Origin: a virus
IMG/VR virus record: IMGVR_UViG_3300024348_000001
Span: 1 to 64,000 of that record
DNA length: 64,000 nucleotides
Reading direction: 5' to 3' (one strand)
In this document: one piece after another, positions 1-8,233 of the stretch
Layout of the letters: every line of letters begins with the position of its first letter
Position numbering within the stretch: position 1 is the first letter of the stretch
Position numbers and translations under genes: made by a program
Notes under the pieces: model-generated
Databases searched by the model: none
What the model was told of the DNA's origin: nothing
The model's input: only the letters and a program-made list of their open reading frames with translations

Positions 1-1
1 C

Positions 2-1819
2 GTAACGAGGACTAACGCCAGAAGCACAATCAAAGAACACGCTGCTGTCGCCTCCCGGTTTGATACACGTGTCAGCCGCCGAACGAGAAATACCAAAGCG
101 CCGAGTAAGGGCTTCATTGGTTTCGTTAACGACTGCTTTGAGTTTGCGAAGTAGCTCAGGTCTGCCGGGATGTGATGGATGTAGCAGAGGACAATCAGCA
201 TGTCCCGTAATATCTACACCCAAAAGTGCTTCCTCCTCACAGTTCCTACGCCACTGGTCCCTGATGTAATTGAAACGAGTACATGTGGCCTGCATGGTAC
301 CAAAGTAAGTCGCAACAAGGACTTTCTTCATGAGAGTCGTTTCAGTGTCTTCAGGTCTGGCTACAGCAATAGAAAGGTTGCAGAACTCATAGGGCCTGAG
401 TTGGATTTCTCCACACGGATTAAAGCCCCAATCATATCCCTTCTGCCTACGCTCGGGTGCCTGCATATCCATGGCTTGGCGATTGCAAATACCACGTTCG
501 CCTGAGTAACTACGAATGAGGGACAGCCACTCATCCATGAACACGTCAGTTGAAGGTTTGGAATGGTACACGGCTGAGTTGTTGGCCATGCTGCGATGCT
601 TGTTGTCTATGTACCACTGACCCGACTTAGCAGAACGCATTTCATGGCTGCCCAAGTCAGACAATGAAATAAGAGCTGCGCGGCGTACACCACCTACCTG
701 CACAATGTTGCCAATCATGCAGCAGATGTCGTGAACGTCTATGTCACTGAGATGGCGGGTTTGACGTGACAATACAATTCGTCTGATGAAAGTCATTAAT
801 TCATGGAATGGCTCTGGTCCTGATGCACGTCCACCTTTGGTCTTGAGACGTGTGCCTTTGGGCCTGACAGCCGACGTGTCGAGAATAAAGTCACGCCCTT
901 GAAACAAAAACTCAAGACAGTGGAACAGAGCATCACACCATCCCTCTGTGCTGTCCTCAACCACAACCGAAATGGGAAGTTCACCTGTCTGCTTGGCGAT
1001 ACGAGGTAACGCAGAAATTTGATCGTACTCAACAGAAAACCCCATTCCTGTACCTTGCATAAGTACATATAACAACTCAGCGAATGAACGCAGGTCAGTA
1101 ATTGGCGCGTAGGCACAATTATACACACCCACATGACATCTTTCGAGTGCAGGTCCAGCCATCTGCACCACTCGCATAGCAGGTGATGCCTCTAGCTGAT
1201 ACATAGATTTGGAAAGCATATCCCATTCATCTTGGGTCAGTTTGTTCTTGACCTTAGGAAGATTCTGGAACCAAGGGATGACACGGTTGAATACAGTTTC
1301 CTTCCAAGTCTCGCGGCGTTTCTCGGTGTCATTCCAGCGAGAAAACTTGCCAATAAATTGGTAGTACTGTAGATCCGTCTGAAAGTGAGTACGGTCCTCG
1401 GATACCGCCGAAGCATACGCCGTTGGAACCGGGCGATTGAGTCTGGCTCTGCGCCTGTCTTCTCTATAGTTCTGGTAGTGTTCTGCAAACTCAGAGAGGC
1501 TTGTGATCCAGAGTTGGGCAATGATGGTTCTTTGAATCTCTTCAACATCAATAGGACCCGCAGCGTTTCGTGTGATTAGCCCCAAAACCACATACTCGAG
1601 AATAGGATCAACATCTGGCATAGCCACGTTTTGTTCAGACACCACGTTGTTGAAACACCTGAGAAGAGCAGCTTTGATCTTCTCAATGTCAAAAGCAACA
1701 ATCGAGCCATCCCTCTTGCGAACTGTCCAACCTTTAGTTGATTCAGCAATGGGTTGTTCAAGCTTCTCAAGAAACTCTGGTTGAACAGAACGTACACGGT
1801 AAGGTGAATAAGTTTGCAT
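2..1819 (-). CDS. nrdJ: Class II (AdoCbl-dependent) ribonucleotide reductase with N-terminal ATP cone; 3' end runs off the window
   Basis: Hand translation from ATG at 1819 (GAGG SD) is open to position 2: ATP cone WTVRKRDGSIVAFDIEKIK, SPAMR, VYNCAY, catalytic GFNPCGEI..FCNLS, TCIKPGGDSS. Missing from the ORF track because no stop lies in the window. Confidence 0.93.
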   Translation of the reverse strand, partial: MQTYSPYRVRSVQPEFLEKLEQPIAESTKGWTVRKRDGSIVAFDIEKIKAALLRCFNNVVSEQNVAMPDVDPILEYVVLGLITRNAAGPIDVEEIQRTIIAQLWITSLSEFAEHYQNYREDRRRARLNRPVPTAYASAVSEDRTHFQTDLQYYQFIGKFSRWNDTEKRRETWKETVFNRVIPWFQNLPKVKNKLTQDEWDMLSKSMYQLEASPAMRVVQMAGPALERCHVGVYNCAYAPITDLRSFAELLYVLMQGTGMGFSVEYDQISALPRIAKQTGELPISVVVEDSTEGWCDALFHCLEFLFQGRDFILDTSAVRPKGTRLKTKGGRASGPEPFHELMTFIRRIVLSRQTRHLSDIDVHDICCMIGNIVQVGGVRRAALISLSDLGSHEMRSAKSGQWYIDNKHRSMANNSAVYHSKPSTDVFMDEWLSLIRSYSGERGICNRQAMDMQAPERRQKGYDWGFNPCGEIQLRPYEFCNLSIAVARPEDTETTLMKKVLVATYFGTMQATCTRFNYIRDQWRRNCEEEALLGVDITGHADCPLLHPSHPGRPELLRKLKAVVNETNEALTRRFGISRSAADTCIKPGGDSSVFFDCASGVSPRY

Positions 1820-1862
1820 ACCAAGCCTCGTAGATACAGAACAAAATTGGAGTGGAGAAGCC

Positions 1863-1890
1863 ATTCTAAGGGAGACCTCCCGAGCGTCAA
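1863..1890 (-). promoter_or_regulatory. Sigma70-like promoter of nrdJ
   Basis: TTGACG-N16-TAGAAT on the minus strand about 45 nt upstream of the nrdJ start, just after a terminator. Confidence 0.5.
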
Positions 1891-1908
1891 GCAAAGTCTC
1901 TGATAGCT

Positions 1909-1948
1909 AAAAAAAAGGAACACTGGAGGGTTTAAACCCCAGTGTTCC
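1909..1948 (-). terminator. Rho-independent terminator (cassette type)
   Basis: Stem GGAACACTGG/CCAGTGTTCC (1917-1948) followed on the minus strand by T8-AGCTATC. Confidence 0.8.
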
Positions 1949-1958
1949 TCAGGAAGTC

Positions 1959-2222
1959 CTAAGCCGCATTCCATGCAGCCAGAACTTCCTTCCCGCTGTA
2001 AATTACCCCGTCAGGGGTAACAGCGGCGACGTCCCCGCAGGGGGACGCTTTGAACTTAAAGCCCAAGGCTTTAAGTTCAGTAATGATGGCGAGAGGGGCG
2101 CCCTCGGTAGGGCGCCCATCTCGTTGGAGCAATGCAGCGAAATACATCGCTGCTTTGCTCCAGTTTTGATTCTGAAGGTGCTTTTGCACCTTCAGAATCA
2201 ATCCTATTTGCTTGTAAATCAC
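1959..2222 (-). CDS. Hypothetical cassette protein, about 87 aa
   Basis: ORF track 1959..2285; GTG at 2222 preferred because GGAGG lies 7 nt upstream and the 2285 ATG sits inside the promoter motif. Confidence 0.65.
   Translation of the reverse strand: MIYKQIGLILKVQKHLQNQNWSKAAMYFAALLQRDGRPTEGAPLAIITELKALGFKFKASPCGDVAAVTPDGVIYSGKEVLAAWNAA
2166..2201. repeat. Perfect 16-bp inverted repeat with 4-nt loop inside a coding region
   Basis: TTGATTCTGAAGGTGC-TTTT-GCACCTTCAGAATCAA. Confidence 0.9.
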
Positions 2223-2282
2223 AAGCAATCCTCCATGCGTAACATTACCCAAACAACAGCGTTTGGATAGCGTTACGCGCCT

Positions 2283-2317
2283 CATGTTATATGACGCAGT
2301 TTTGCTGTGGATTTAGG
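2283..2317 (-). promoter_or_regulatory. Conserved 35-bp cassette promoter motif, copy 1
   Basis: Minus strand CCTAAATCCACAGCAAAACTGCGTCATATAACATG; near-identical copies at 2731-2765 and 27562-27596. Confidence 0.7.
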
Positions 2318-2331
2318 TTTAGCCAATAGCT

Positions 2332-2376
2332 AAAAAAAAGCCCACGAACACAGGATGAACCTGTATCGTGGGCTTT
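2332..2376 (-). terminator. Rho-independent terminator (cassette type)
   Basis: Stem AAAGCCCACGA/TCGTGGGCTTT with inner ACAGG/CCTGT, followed by T8-AGCTATT. Confidence 0.8.
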
Positions 2377-2379
2377 AAA

Positions 2380-2664
2380 TCAGGGCGTGTAAAACGCCCT
2401 GTATACTACTCTGGTATTATCATTGTGGGGCTCAAACGAGCCCTCACCATCTTCTTCATAAACGATGAACCATCCCTCCTCTCCGCGGATTTCGACTCTG
2501 AGGAAACCGTTTTCCAATAATTTTACTGTCAGCGGAGTCTCCGCCACGCAGTAACCCCTCATTTTTTGAACGACGGTTGAAACCCTCTTCTGCAAGCTGG
2601 TTGGCCATGACTTCAGTTGCTGACCGTCAATGTGTTTCACGAACTTACGAATAACTTTGTACAT
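2380..2664 (-). CDS. Hypothetical cassette protein, about 94 aa
   Basis: ORF track 2380..2688; ATG at 2664 (MYKVIRK) has an AAGGAG SD; flanked by the promoter motif and a terminator. Confidence 0.7.
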   Translation of the reverse strand: MYKVIRKFVKHIDGQQLKSWPTSLQKRVSTVVQKMRGYCVAETPLTVKLLENGFLRVEIRGEEGWFIVYEEDGEGSFEPHNDNTRVVYRAFYTP

Positions 2665-2730
2665 TTCAGAGACTCCTTCTAAAGCCACACACCTCTAAAC
2701 CGAAATGGCTTAGATAGCATATGGCTTTCA

Positions 2731-2765
2731 CATGTATTATGACGCGTTTTTGTTGTGGATTTAGG
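2731..2765 (-). promoter_or_regulatory. Conserved 35-bp cassette promoter motif, copy 2
   Basis: Minus strand CCTAAATCCACAACAAAAACGCGTCATAATACATG = CTAAAT-N17-CATAAT. Confidence 0.7.
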
Positions 2766-3210
2766 GCTTCATGATTTGAGCGAGAACAGCCCAAAGAGAC
2801 ATGACGAGTGTGGCTACCATGCTGGCCACCGCAGTTACGATCTGACCTTTAGTGACTGTCTTGGCAGTCTGGAAATTGTCTACGGCTTTCTTGACATCTT
2901 CAACGCACGATTTCATGTCATCAATATCTGCTTCTATATGTTGCAAACTAGCTTCTACTTTGGTGAGCCTGTCCATGATGGATGGCTGCCCGTTACCGTC
3001 ACGAATGATCTTGAACAGTTTGCTTTGGTTGTCGTTGTAGTTCTTGATGTTGGAATCAATGAGCTTGATCTGAGTAACGACTTCTCCCAATCTTTCTTGG
3101 TTGGTGGCAACAGATGATTTAAGGTCAGTCAGATCTTTCGTGATATGCAATACGTTGTTGGACGTGGTTGTAATCAGCGAGATCATTTCCTGTGTTGCTG
3201 ACGGTGCCAT
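2761..3210 (-). CDS. Coiled-coil protein with C-terminal transmembrane helix (XhlA/holin-like membrane protein)
   Basis: ATG at 3210 with GGAGG; heptad pattern, GNGQPSIMDRLTKVE segment, hydrophobic IVTAVASMVATLVMSLWAVLA at the C-terminus. Confidence 0.6.
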   Translation of the reverse strand: MAPSATQEMISLITTTSNNVLHITKDLTDLKSSVATNQERLGEVVTQIKLIDSNIKNYNDNQSKLFKIIRDGNGQPSIMDRLTKVEASLQHIEADIDDMKSCVEDVKKAVDNFQTAKTVTKGQIVTAVASMVATLVMSLWAVLAQIMKP

Positions 3211-3468
3211 CAGTCGTGCCTCCAAGAAAGTCCGTTGAATAGATCTCTTCGAGTTCCCCACTGCCCGAAGTACCGATGCTTGTACAAGACAAGCCGAAGG
3301 GGCGCTAAAAGGCGTGCGTTCCCTTCACCACCTCGATCCCGGTCTTCTCACCATGGACCGTCCCATGAATACGCATAAAGCGAATTCCACATCACCAACC
3401 GACGCCTGCGGTAAACCTATCCAACAGACTTAATGATTGTAACTTAAATGCGCAAATAAGAAAACGCA

Positions 3469-4371
3469 CTAGACCGGTTCTATATTCTCACGCACCACAT
3501 CAGCCATTTCCTGCTTAATTATTCCATCCACGTTTTGGCTTATCCAATAATTTTCCGTAGGAACGTCGTAAGTAAATGCGTGTCCGTCTGAGCCTTCCAC
3601 ATCAACACTGATGCTGTTCCATTTAAACGCAGACAACATGCTCACTATCGTTTCTTTGTTTTCCTGCAACCACACAGAAGTACGCGTGCCTTTTGATGTG
3701 ACAGATAATTGCCTGTAATAGTCAAAAGGCTTGATGTGCCCCGAGAAATGAATCCCTGCAACAAAAAGCAATTCTTTTGTGCGCAGTAAATTGAATTTGA
3801 TTGTGTTGAAATTACTGGCAAAGTAATTAACCATTTGTCCCGAAGGGTATTGCCTAATCGTCGCATCCAATGGCGGCAGCATGTCCCTAGCCATGATTAA
3901 CGACGGAGAACAACATCTTTGCTGCGCAGGTGCCGTAGGATCAGCCGATAGAAAGTCCACAATAAACAATTCGTTGGAGTCGTGGTAATGGTATGCGGCA
4001 TGAGCCAATACCGTTGCACCTGTCTGGCCTAAGCGTAATTGCCCTTCCATCTGCACAGCCAAGCGTGTGGGGGCACTTAGGTTGTCGTCATCCCACAAAG
4101 CCACATAATCTCCACGCGCAACAGCTAAACCCTGTAACAAGCCATCCAGAGCTTGTCTTGTGTGGGGCCTGAGTATGACCTTGATGTTCTGGTTGGCACA
4201 CTGAGGATTATTAGTGACAAACGCTTGGATGCGTAATGCGTGCTTGGGGTCGTGCGTGATAATAATCAATTCTTTGTGCAAATAAGTTTGAGCACAGTAA
4301 TTGAAAATGGCGCGCTGAAGATGTGGAAAGCGAACTGGTAACGTCGGACAAATACATGACACCAATGTCAT
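3469..4371 (-). CDS. Glycosyltransferase family 2
   Basis: VSCICPT start, QTY..KELII, YVALWDDDNL DxD motif. Confidence 0.85.
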   Translation of the reverse strand: MTLVSCICPTLPVRFPHLQRAIFNYCAQTYLHKELIIITHDPKHALRIQAFVTNNPQCANQNIKVILRPHTRQALDGLLQGLAVARGDYVALWDDDNLSAPTRLAVQMEGQLRLGQTGATVLAHAAYHYHDSNELFIVDFLSADPTAPAQQRCCSPSLIMARDMLPPLDATIRQYPSGQMVNYFASNFNTIKFNLLRTKELLFVAGIHFSGHIKPFDYYRQLSVTSKGTRTSVWLQENKETIVSMLSAFKWNSISVDVEGSDGHAFTYDVPTENYWISQNVDGIIKQEMADVVRENIEPV

Positions 4372-5006
4372 AAGTCTACCCCAATAGAATTGTCGGCAAT
4401 TGATTGAATCAAATCTAATTCAGTTTTATTGGTTACGTTTAACGTTTCTATTAACTGAACAGGTACACGCATCCTTTTATCCATCAGTTGTGTGCAAAAC
4501 GTATTTTCCGAGAAATCAAAAGAGGAATCAAAGGCAAGTACGTTTTCTAACCAATATCCCGAACGCGTCAAACGTACGGCACCACTATGAAAATCGCTGT
4601 AACCATCAAACTCTCTTACAAGTAACGACACTTTCCCATTACGCGCCACTATGTTGTGTATGCAATGCTCGAGGGAATTGGCCGTTAGGAAAGGCGTGAC
4701 AGGTTTCCACACAAGGTATTTTTCATAGGCAGTCGCTACATTGATTGCGCCACACGCTTCATAGAAACTCATGTTGGCAGGAATAATGTCAATCAGAAAT
4801 TGATGTTGTGGGAAAATCTTTTCGATTAAGCGCTTATTCAATTTGTCATGGATTGCAGAACTTGTCACGATTGCCACATTGTTGCTTATGTTGCGTACGT
4901 GAGCAAAGGCTGATGCCATACGAGCTAAAGCCGTAGATGCCACAGACGGGAATAAATCACGCTGGTAGTCTAAGGAATCAAGATAAAGAACAGATGTGGC
5001 ACGCAT
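4368..5006 (-). CDS. Divergent NeuA/CMP-sugar synthetase-like nucleotidyltransferase fold
   Basis: IVTSS..I, LVWKPVTPFLTANSLEHCI resembles LQPTSPLR of cytidylyltransferases; the N-terminal PARGGSK motif is absent. Confidence 0.45.
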   Translation of the reverse strand: MRATSVLYLDSLDYQRDLFPSVASTALARMASAFAHVRNISNNVAIVTSSAIHDKLNKRLIEKIFPQHQFLIDIIPANMSFYEACGAINVATAYEKYLVWKPVTPFLTANSLEHCIHNIVARNGKVSLLVREFDGYSDFHSGAVRLTRSGYWLENVLAFDSSFDFSENTFCTQLMDKRMRVPVQLIETLNVTNKTELDLIQSIADNSIGVDL

Positions 5007-5809
5007 TAAAATAGGTCTCTTGCTTGAATATCCCGGCGAACGTCTTCAGGAAGCTCTGCCAGTATTTTGTTTAATTGAAACACACGGTCAGTAATTGTTT
5101 TGTTGGGTAAACGAAATACCGTGGGATAATGCCGAGAAGGTGGTAACTCAAGAAATGCCAATACTTCAGTCAACACGTTATCAAAGTTAAAGTACAAATC
5201 GTGATAATTGATTTTGCACATATCTCCACTTACTTGATTTATTCTGTCCCGTGTTGCCATGTGTTCACGTACGAAATCCGTCACTTCTTCAACGTCTAAC
5301 CAAATACGAGGAGGTATGGCAGTTTTTAATTTCCTTGTGCGTTGACAATACACGTTTGTTTTTTCAGCTTGTTTCTTGGATACGTAACACATGAGGGGAT
5401 TACGTTCGACATGAATTACGCAAAAATCACCTTCGTTGGTTGACTCCTTGAGTAAATCAAAAAGATCATGCTTGCGCAGTTCGTCGTACGTTATGCGAAT
5501 GCCGATTGTTTTTTCACCGCGCACTGGTCGATCAAATATGCGGTTTTTTAAAAAGTAATGCGCGCTATTCTCTTCGGGATCGAAAGGCATGCCTCGATGT
5601 TCAAAATAAGAACGGTATGCCTTGGCGCGGGTCGCAGTGTCAACATTCAATAAGTGCATATGCGTTGCTAAAGACGGGACCAAGGCTAACGCAGTATGCA
5701 ACGGAAACGTACCTGCCCGAACATCGCCCACAAGAACGAAGTTCAGGCATTGAATTTTTTCAATCAAACCATGGCTAATTTTTGGTTCAGCCGGCACAGG
5801 TTGTCTCAC
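5006..5809 (-). CDS. Sulfotransferase-like protein (Stf0-type P-loop)
   Basis: VLVGDVRAGT (5'-PSB-like), VIHVERNPLMCYVS (3'-PB-like), INYHDL..VLAFLEL. Confidence 0.65.
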   Translation of the reverse strand: MRQPVPAEPKISHGLIEKIQCLNFVLVGDVRAGTFPLHTALALVPSLATHMHLLNVDTATRAKAYRSYFEHRGMPFDPEENSAHYFLKNRIFDRPVRGEKTIGIRITYDELRKHDLFDLLKESTNEGDFCVIHVERNPLMCYVSKKQAEKTNVYCQRTRKLKTAIPPRIWLDVEEVTDFVREHMATRDRINQVSGDMCKINYHDLYFNFDNVLTEVLAFLELPPSRHYPTVFRLPNKTITDRVFQLNKILAELPEDVRRDIQARDLF

Positions 5810-6714
5810 GTGGGAACCGGCACCACATTGGATGCTGACGGGGTTAATTCGTCGCTAGGTATTTTATACCCGAAACTAACTAGAATTTCTTTTAAGCGTT
5901 GCACCATGGCAGCACTTGGTAAAGAAATTGAATTACTTTCGTGTTTGCCATGCATGAATATCTCCGGCCTCGTAATGTTGAGTCCGTGATGAACCGCAAC
6001 CATGTACATACAGTAAGGGAACGCAACGTTATTAACCAGTACCGTCTTGTCTACCCAATACTTACGATAGAAGTTTTCATCTTCAAGCGTATCTGTGGAA
6101 TATCGTTGGTCTGTCTTTGGGAAAATCAACGTACTGGGGTGGCCGTATGACGTACGCAAAAAGGCAGTTGGCATGAAAGGCATATTGTCTTGATTTGACC
6201 TTAGACGCAACAGTACTTGAGTAGACAACATGATAGCTTTGCCGGGCTCAGCAAAACCCATCTGATATGCCAACAAATGTGGATCTCGGTAATCATCGTC
6301 ATCCCATTGCGCAATCCACGCCTTGGTCGCTCTATCGATTCCAATGTTGCGCATTGCTCCCACAGACAAATCTGTTTGCTTTACCGAAATCTCGTGCAGT
6401 GATGGATGTTCCGAATCAAGCAACGCAGTACCCGTAGCATTAACAATCACCAATTCCTTGTCAGGGTAGCGTTGTTGCAAGAACCTATTAATACACGCTC
6501 TAGCCATGGTGCGGCGTCGTGGATCAGCGACAGGCATGATGCAAGAAACACCGTAGCTGGACGCAGGTGTCGCAGCTACGGTTGTTGGCGCAAAGTTAGA
6601 ACTAGGAGGTACAGGCAAACCTTTAGACAAAGCTTCTAATTGCTCTCTTGTTGCATTGGGAAACATGTCAAACATGCTAAGAGTCGCTTTACTCGAAACA
6701 ATCTGCCCGGCCAT
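5806..6714 (-). CDS. Glycosyltransferase family 2
   Basis: VSCIMP, QRYPDKELVIVN, GAMRNIG, IAQWDDDDY. Confidence 0.85.
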   Translation of the reverse strand: MAGQIVSSKATLSMFDMFPNATREQLEALSKGLPVPPSSNFAPTTVAATPASSYGVSCIMPVADPRRRTMARACINRFLQQRYPDKELVIVNATGTALLDSEHPSLHEISVKQTDLSVGAMRNIGIDRATKAWIAQWDDDDYRDPHLLAYQMGFAEPGKAIMLSTQVLLRLRSNQDNMPFMPTAFLRTSYGHPSTLIFPKTDQRYSTDTLEDENFYRKYWVDKTVLVNNVAFPYCMYMVAVHHGLNITRPEIFMHGKHESNSISLPSAAMVQRLKEILVSFGYKIPSDELTPSASNVVPVPT

Positions 6715-6745
6715 AAAACCTCCTAATTTTAAAAGCTACGTCAAA

Positions 6746-7543
6746 TTAAACAAAAGCAGGCGAGTCCTTGTCAATGTATGTTGCATTGAGTTCAGGAGAC
6801 TGTGGGTACTGCCAGCTAGGCAACCGTTCACGAATGCCTTTGTACAGTTCGTAATAGGTGCCTGTGAAGTTGGCATTCAACACATCAAGCGCCGCACGCG
6901 AAAATGCGCCATTGGGTCTACCGTTGAAACGGGCGTCACATGAATACTCAGCATCACCACACCCAGAAATGTGGACAAAACCTTTAACAGGTTGATCCCC
7001 CAAAGATGTAGGAGAAAACCGTTGCGCAATCCGAGCGTTGTTTAAATCTTTTTGATCTGTAAAGATATTGGCCGGAGGTATGTATCGAATGTGGGATGTA
7101 TATGGCTCTGTACCTTGTTGTTCTCCAGCAAACCTGAACACGGTACCCGAATGACAAGAGTCTGTGATAAATACAAGCTGCGCTCCGGGTTTGATTTCAA
7201 CCCAGCATTCAGCCAGTTCGTCATCTACAAGCAAACAATCAGCAGACATGTCATACGGACAGAGACATTCATCACGGCCATCTACTTCGTCTCCCTGCAT
7301 GTCAGGAATCCATGTGCCGTGGCCTGCGAAGAAAACGACGCCCTTATCTCCCGGCTGTAATGACTGCACCAACGTACGAATACCTGTGTATATTGCAGCC
7401 TTCGTAGCCGCTGAATCTAATAGTGTGGCGGTTGCGTAACCACGTATCGTTAGAAACTTAGCCCAATCCAATGCATCATTAACACAACCGGCTAGTGGCG
7501 CGGATGGATAAGTATTGATACCAATGCACAATGCTTTTTTCAT
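6746..7543 (-). CDS. Metacaspase / caspase-like peptidase (C14)
   Basis: ALCIGINTY..LAGCVNDA, catalytic FAGHG and DSCHSG, DGRDECLCPYD, GAFSRAAL..Q.PEL. Confidence 0.93.
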   Translation of the reverse strand: MKKALCIGINTYPSAPLAGCVNDALDWAKFLTIRGYATATLLDSAATKAAIYTGIRTLVQSLQPGDKGVVFFAGHGTWIPDMQGDEVDGRDECLCPYDMSADCLLVDDELAECWVEIKPGAQLVFITDSCHSGTVFRFAGEQQGTEPYTSHIRYIPPANIFTDQKDLNNARIAQRFSPTSLGDQPVKGFVHISGCGDAEYSCDARFNGRPNGAFSRAALDVLNANFTGTYYELYKGIRERLPSWQYPQSPELNATYIDKDSPAFV

Positions 7544-7554
7544 GGAAACACTCC

Positions 7555-8199
7555 TTAGTTATGCACAAACAAGGTAGCGTCCAATTTTCGAGCACGTTTT
7601 GCAGACGCAACCAGTGCTTCAATGTAAACTCCATCACCTGAAAACGAGAAATCTGTCCACGGTACTTTAGCAATTAAATCTCGGGATGCCATGAAACAAC
7701 CCAGATCAATACGGCCTTTTTTAGGAGTCGTCAAGAACGGTTGCCAGAGTCTGTGACTGTGTACCATGTCGCAGTACATGAAATCACTTTTGGTACCTAT
7801 GGCTTCAGCAAGCATCCATTCAAGAAACACAGGCATGTAGTAATTGTCGTCGTTAGTAAAAACGATGTACTCGGGTTGTTGCACAGTACTAGGTGAACCC
7901 TTGTACGTGAACGGAGCTAAAGCTTGTTCTCTTCTATGAGGATGCCCGTGTTGCTTAGTGCGAGTAGGCGTGCAAATAAAATCAATGCGCGGATCAAGGG
8001 TAATGTGGTTGGCAGGCAACGCACTATCCACAGGGCCGTCATGCACGATCTTGACCGACCAGTTGGGATAAGTCTGAGCCACAATGGAAGACAGAAGACA
8101 TGTCAGTGCATCTTGTCGCCTTGAATCATCGTTGAGATACGAAGCGACAACAATTCCAACGGTAGGACCATCGTTTAGTTTGGTCTTCCAATAACGCAT
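7555..8199 (-). CDS. Glycosyltransferase family 2
   Basis: QTYPNW..IVHDGP, HGHPHR, FTNDDNYY, IDLGCF. Confidence 0.85.
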   Translation of the reverse strand: MRYWKTKLNDGPTVGIVVASYLNDDSRRQDALTCLLSSIVAQTYPNWSVKIVHDGPVDSALPANHITLDPRIDFICTPTRTKQHGHPHRREQALAPFTYKGSPSTVQQPEYIVFTNDDNYYMPVFLEWMLAEAIGTKSDFMYCDMVHSHRLWQPFLTTPKKGRIDLGCFMASRDLIAKVPWTDFSFSGDGVYIEALVASAKRARKLDATLFVHN

Positions 8200-8233
8200 A
8201 TGTCATCCCTGCCCCTAAAACGTGTGGCAATCT

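Noticed and set aside
1576-1974. 132-aa minus-strand ORF from the track
   Set aside because: It is out of frame with nrdJ and crosses a terminator and promoter; its FFSYQRL text is just the translated 24-bp junction repeat.
2283-2765. 35-bp repeats as a CRISPR array
   Set aside because: Copies are hundreds of bp to 25 kb apart, separated by whole genes, non-identical and oriented like promoters; no cas genes are present.
2692-2766. Integron attC sites (stop-codon overlap, weak CTAAA/TTTAG inverted ends)
   Set aside because: The core reads YTAAA rather than RYYYAAC, the long imperfect palindrome is missing in most copies, and no tyrosine integrase is in the window.
3211-3468. tRNA, tmRNA or cobalamin riboswitch in the gap
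   Set aside because: No T-loop GTTCRA or cloverleaf, no tmRNA termini and no B12-box consensus.
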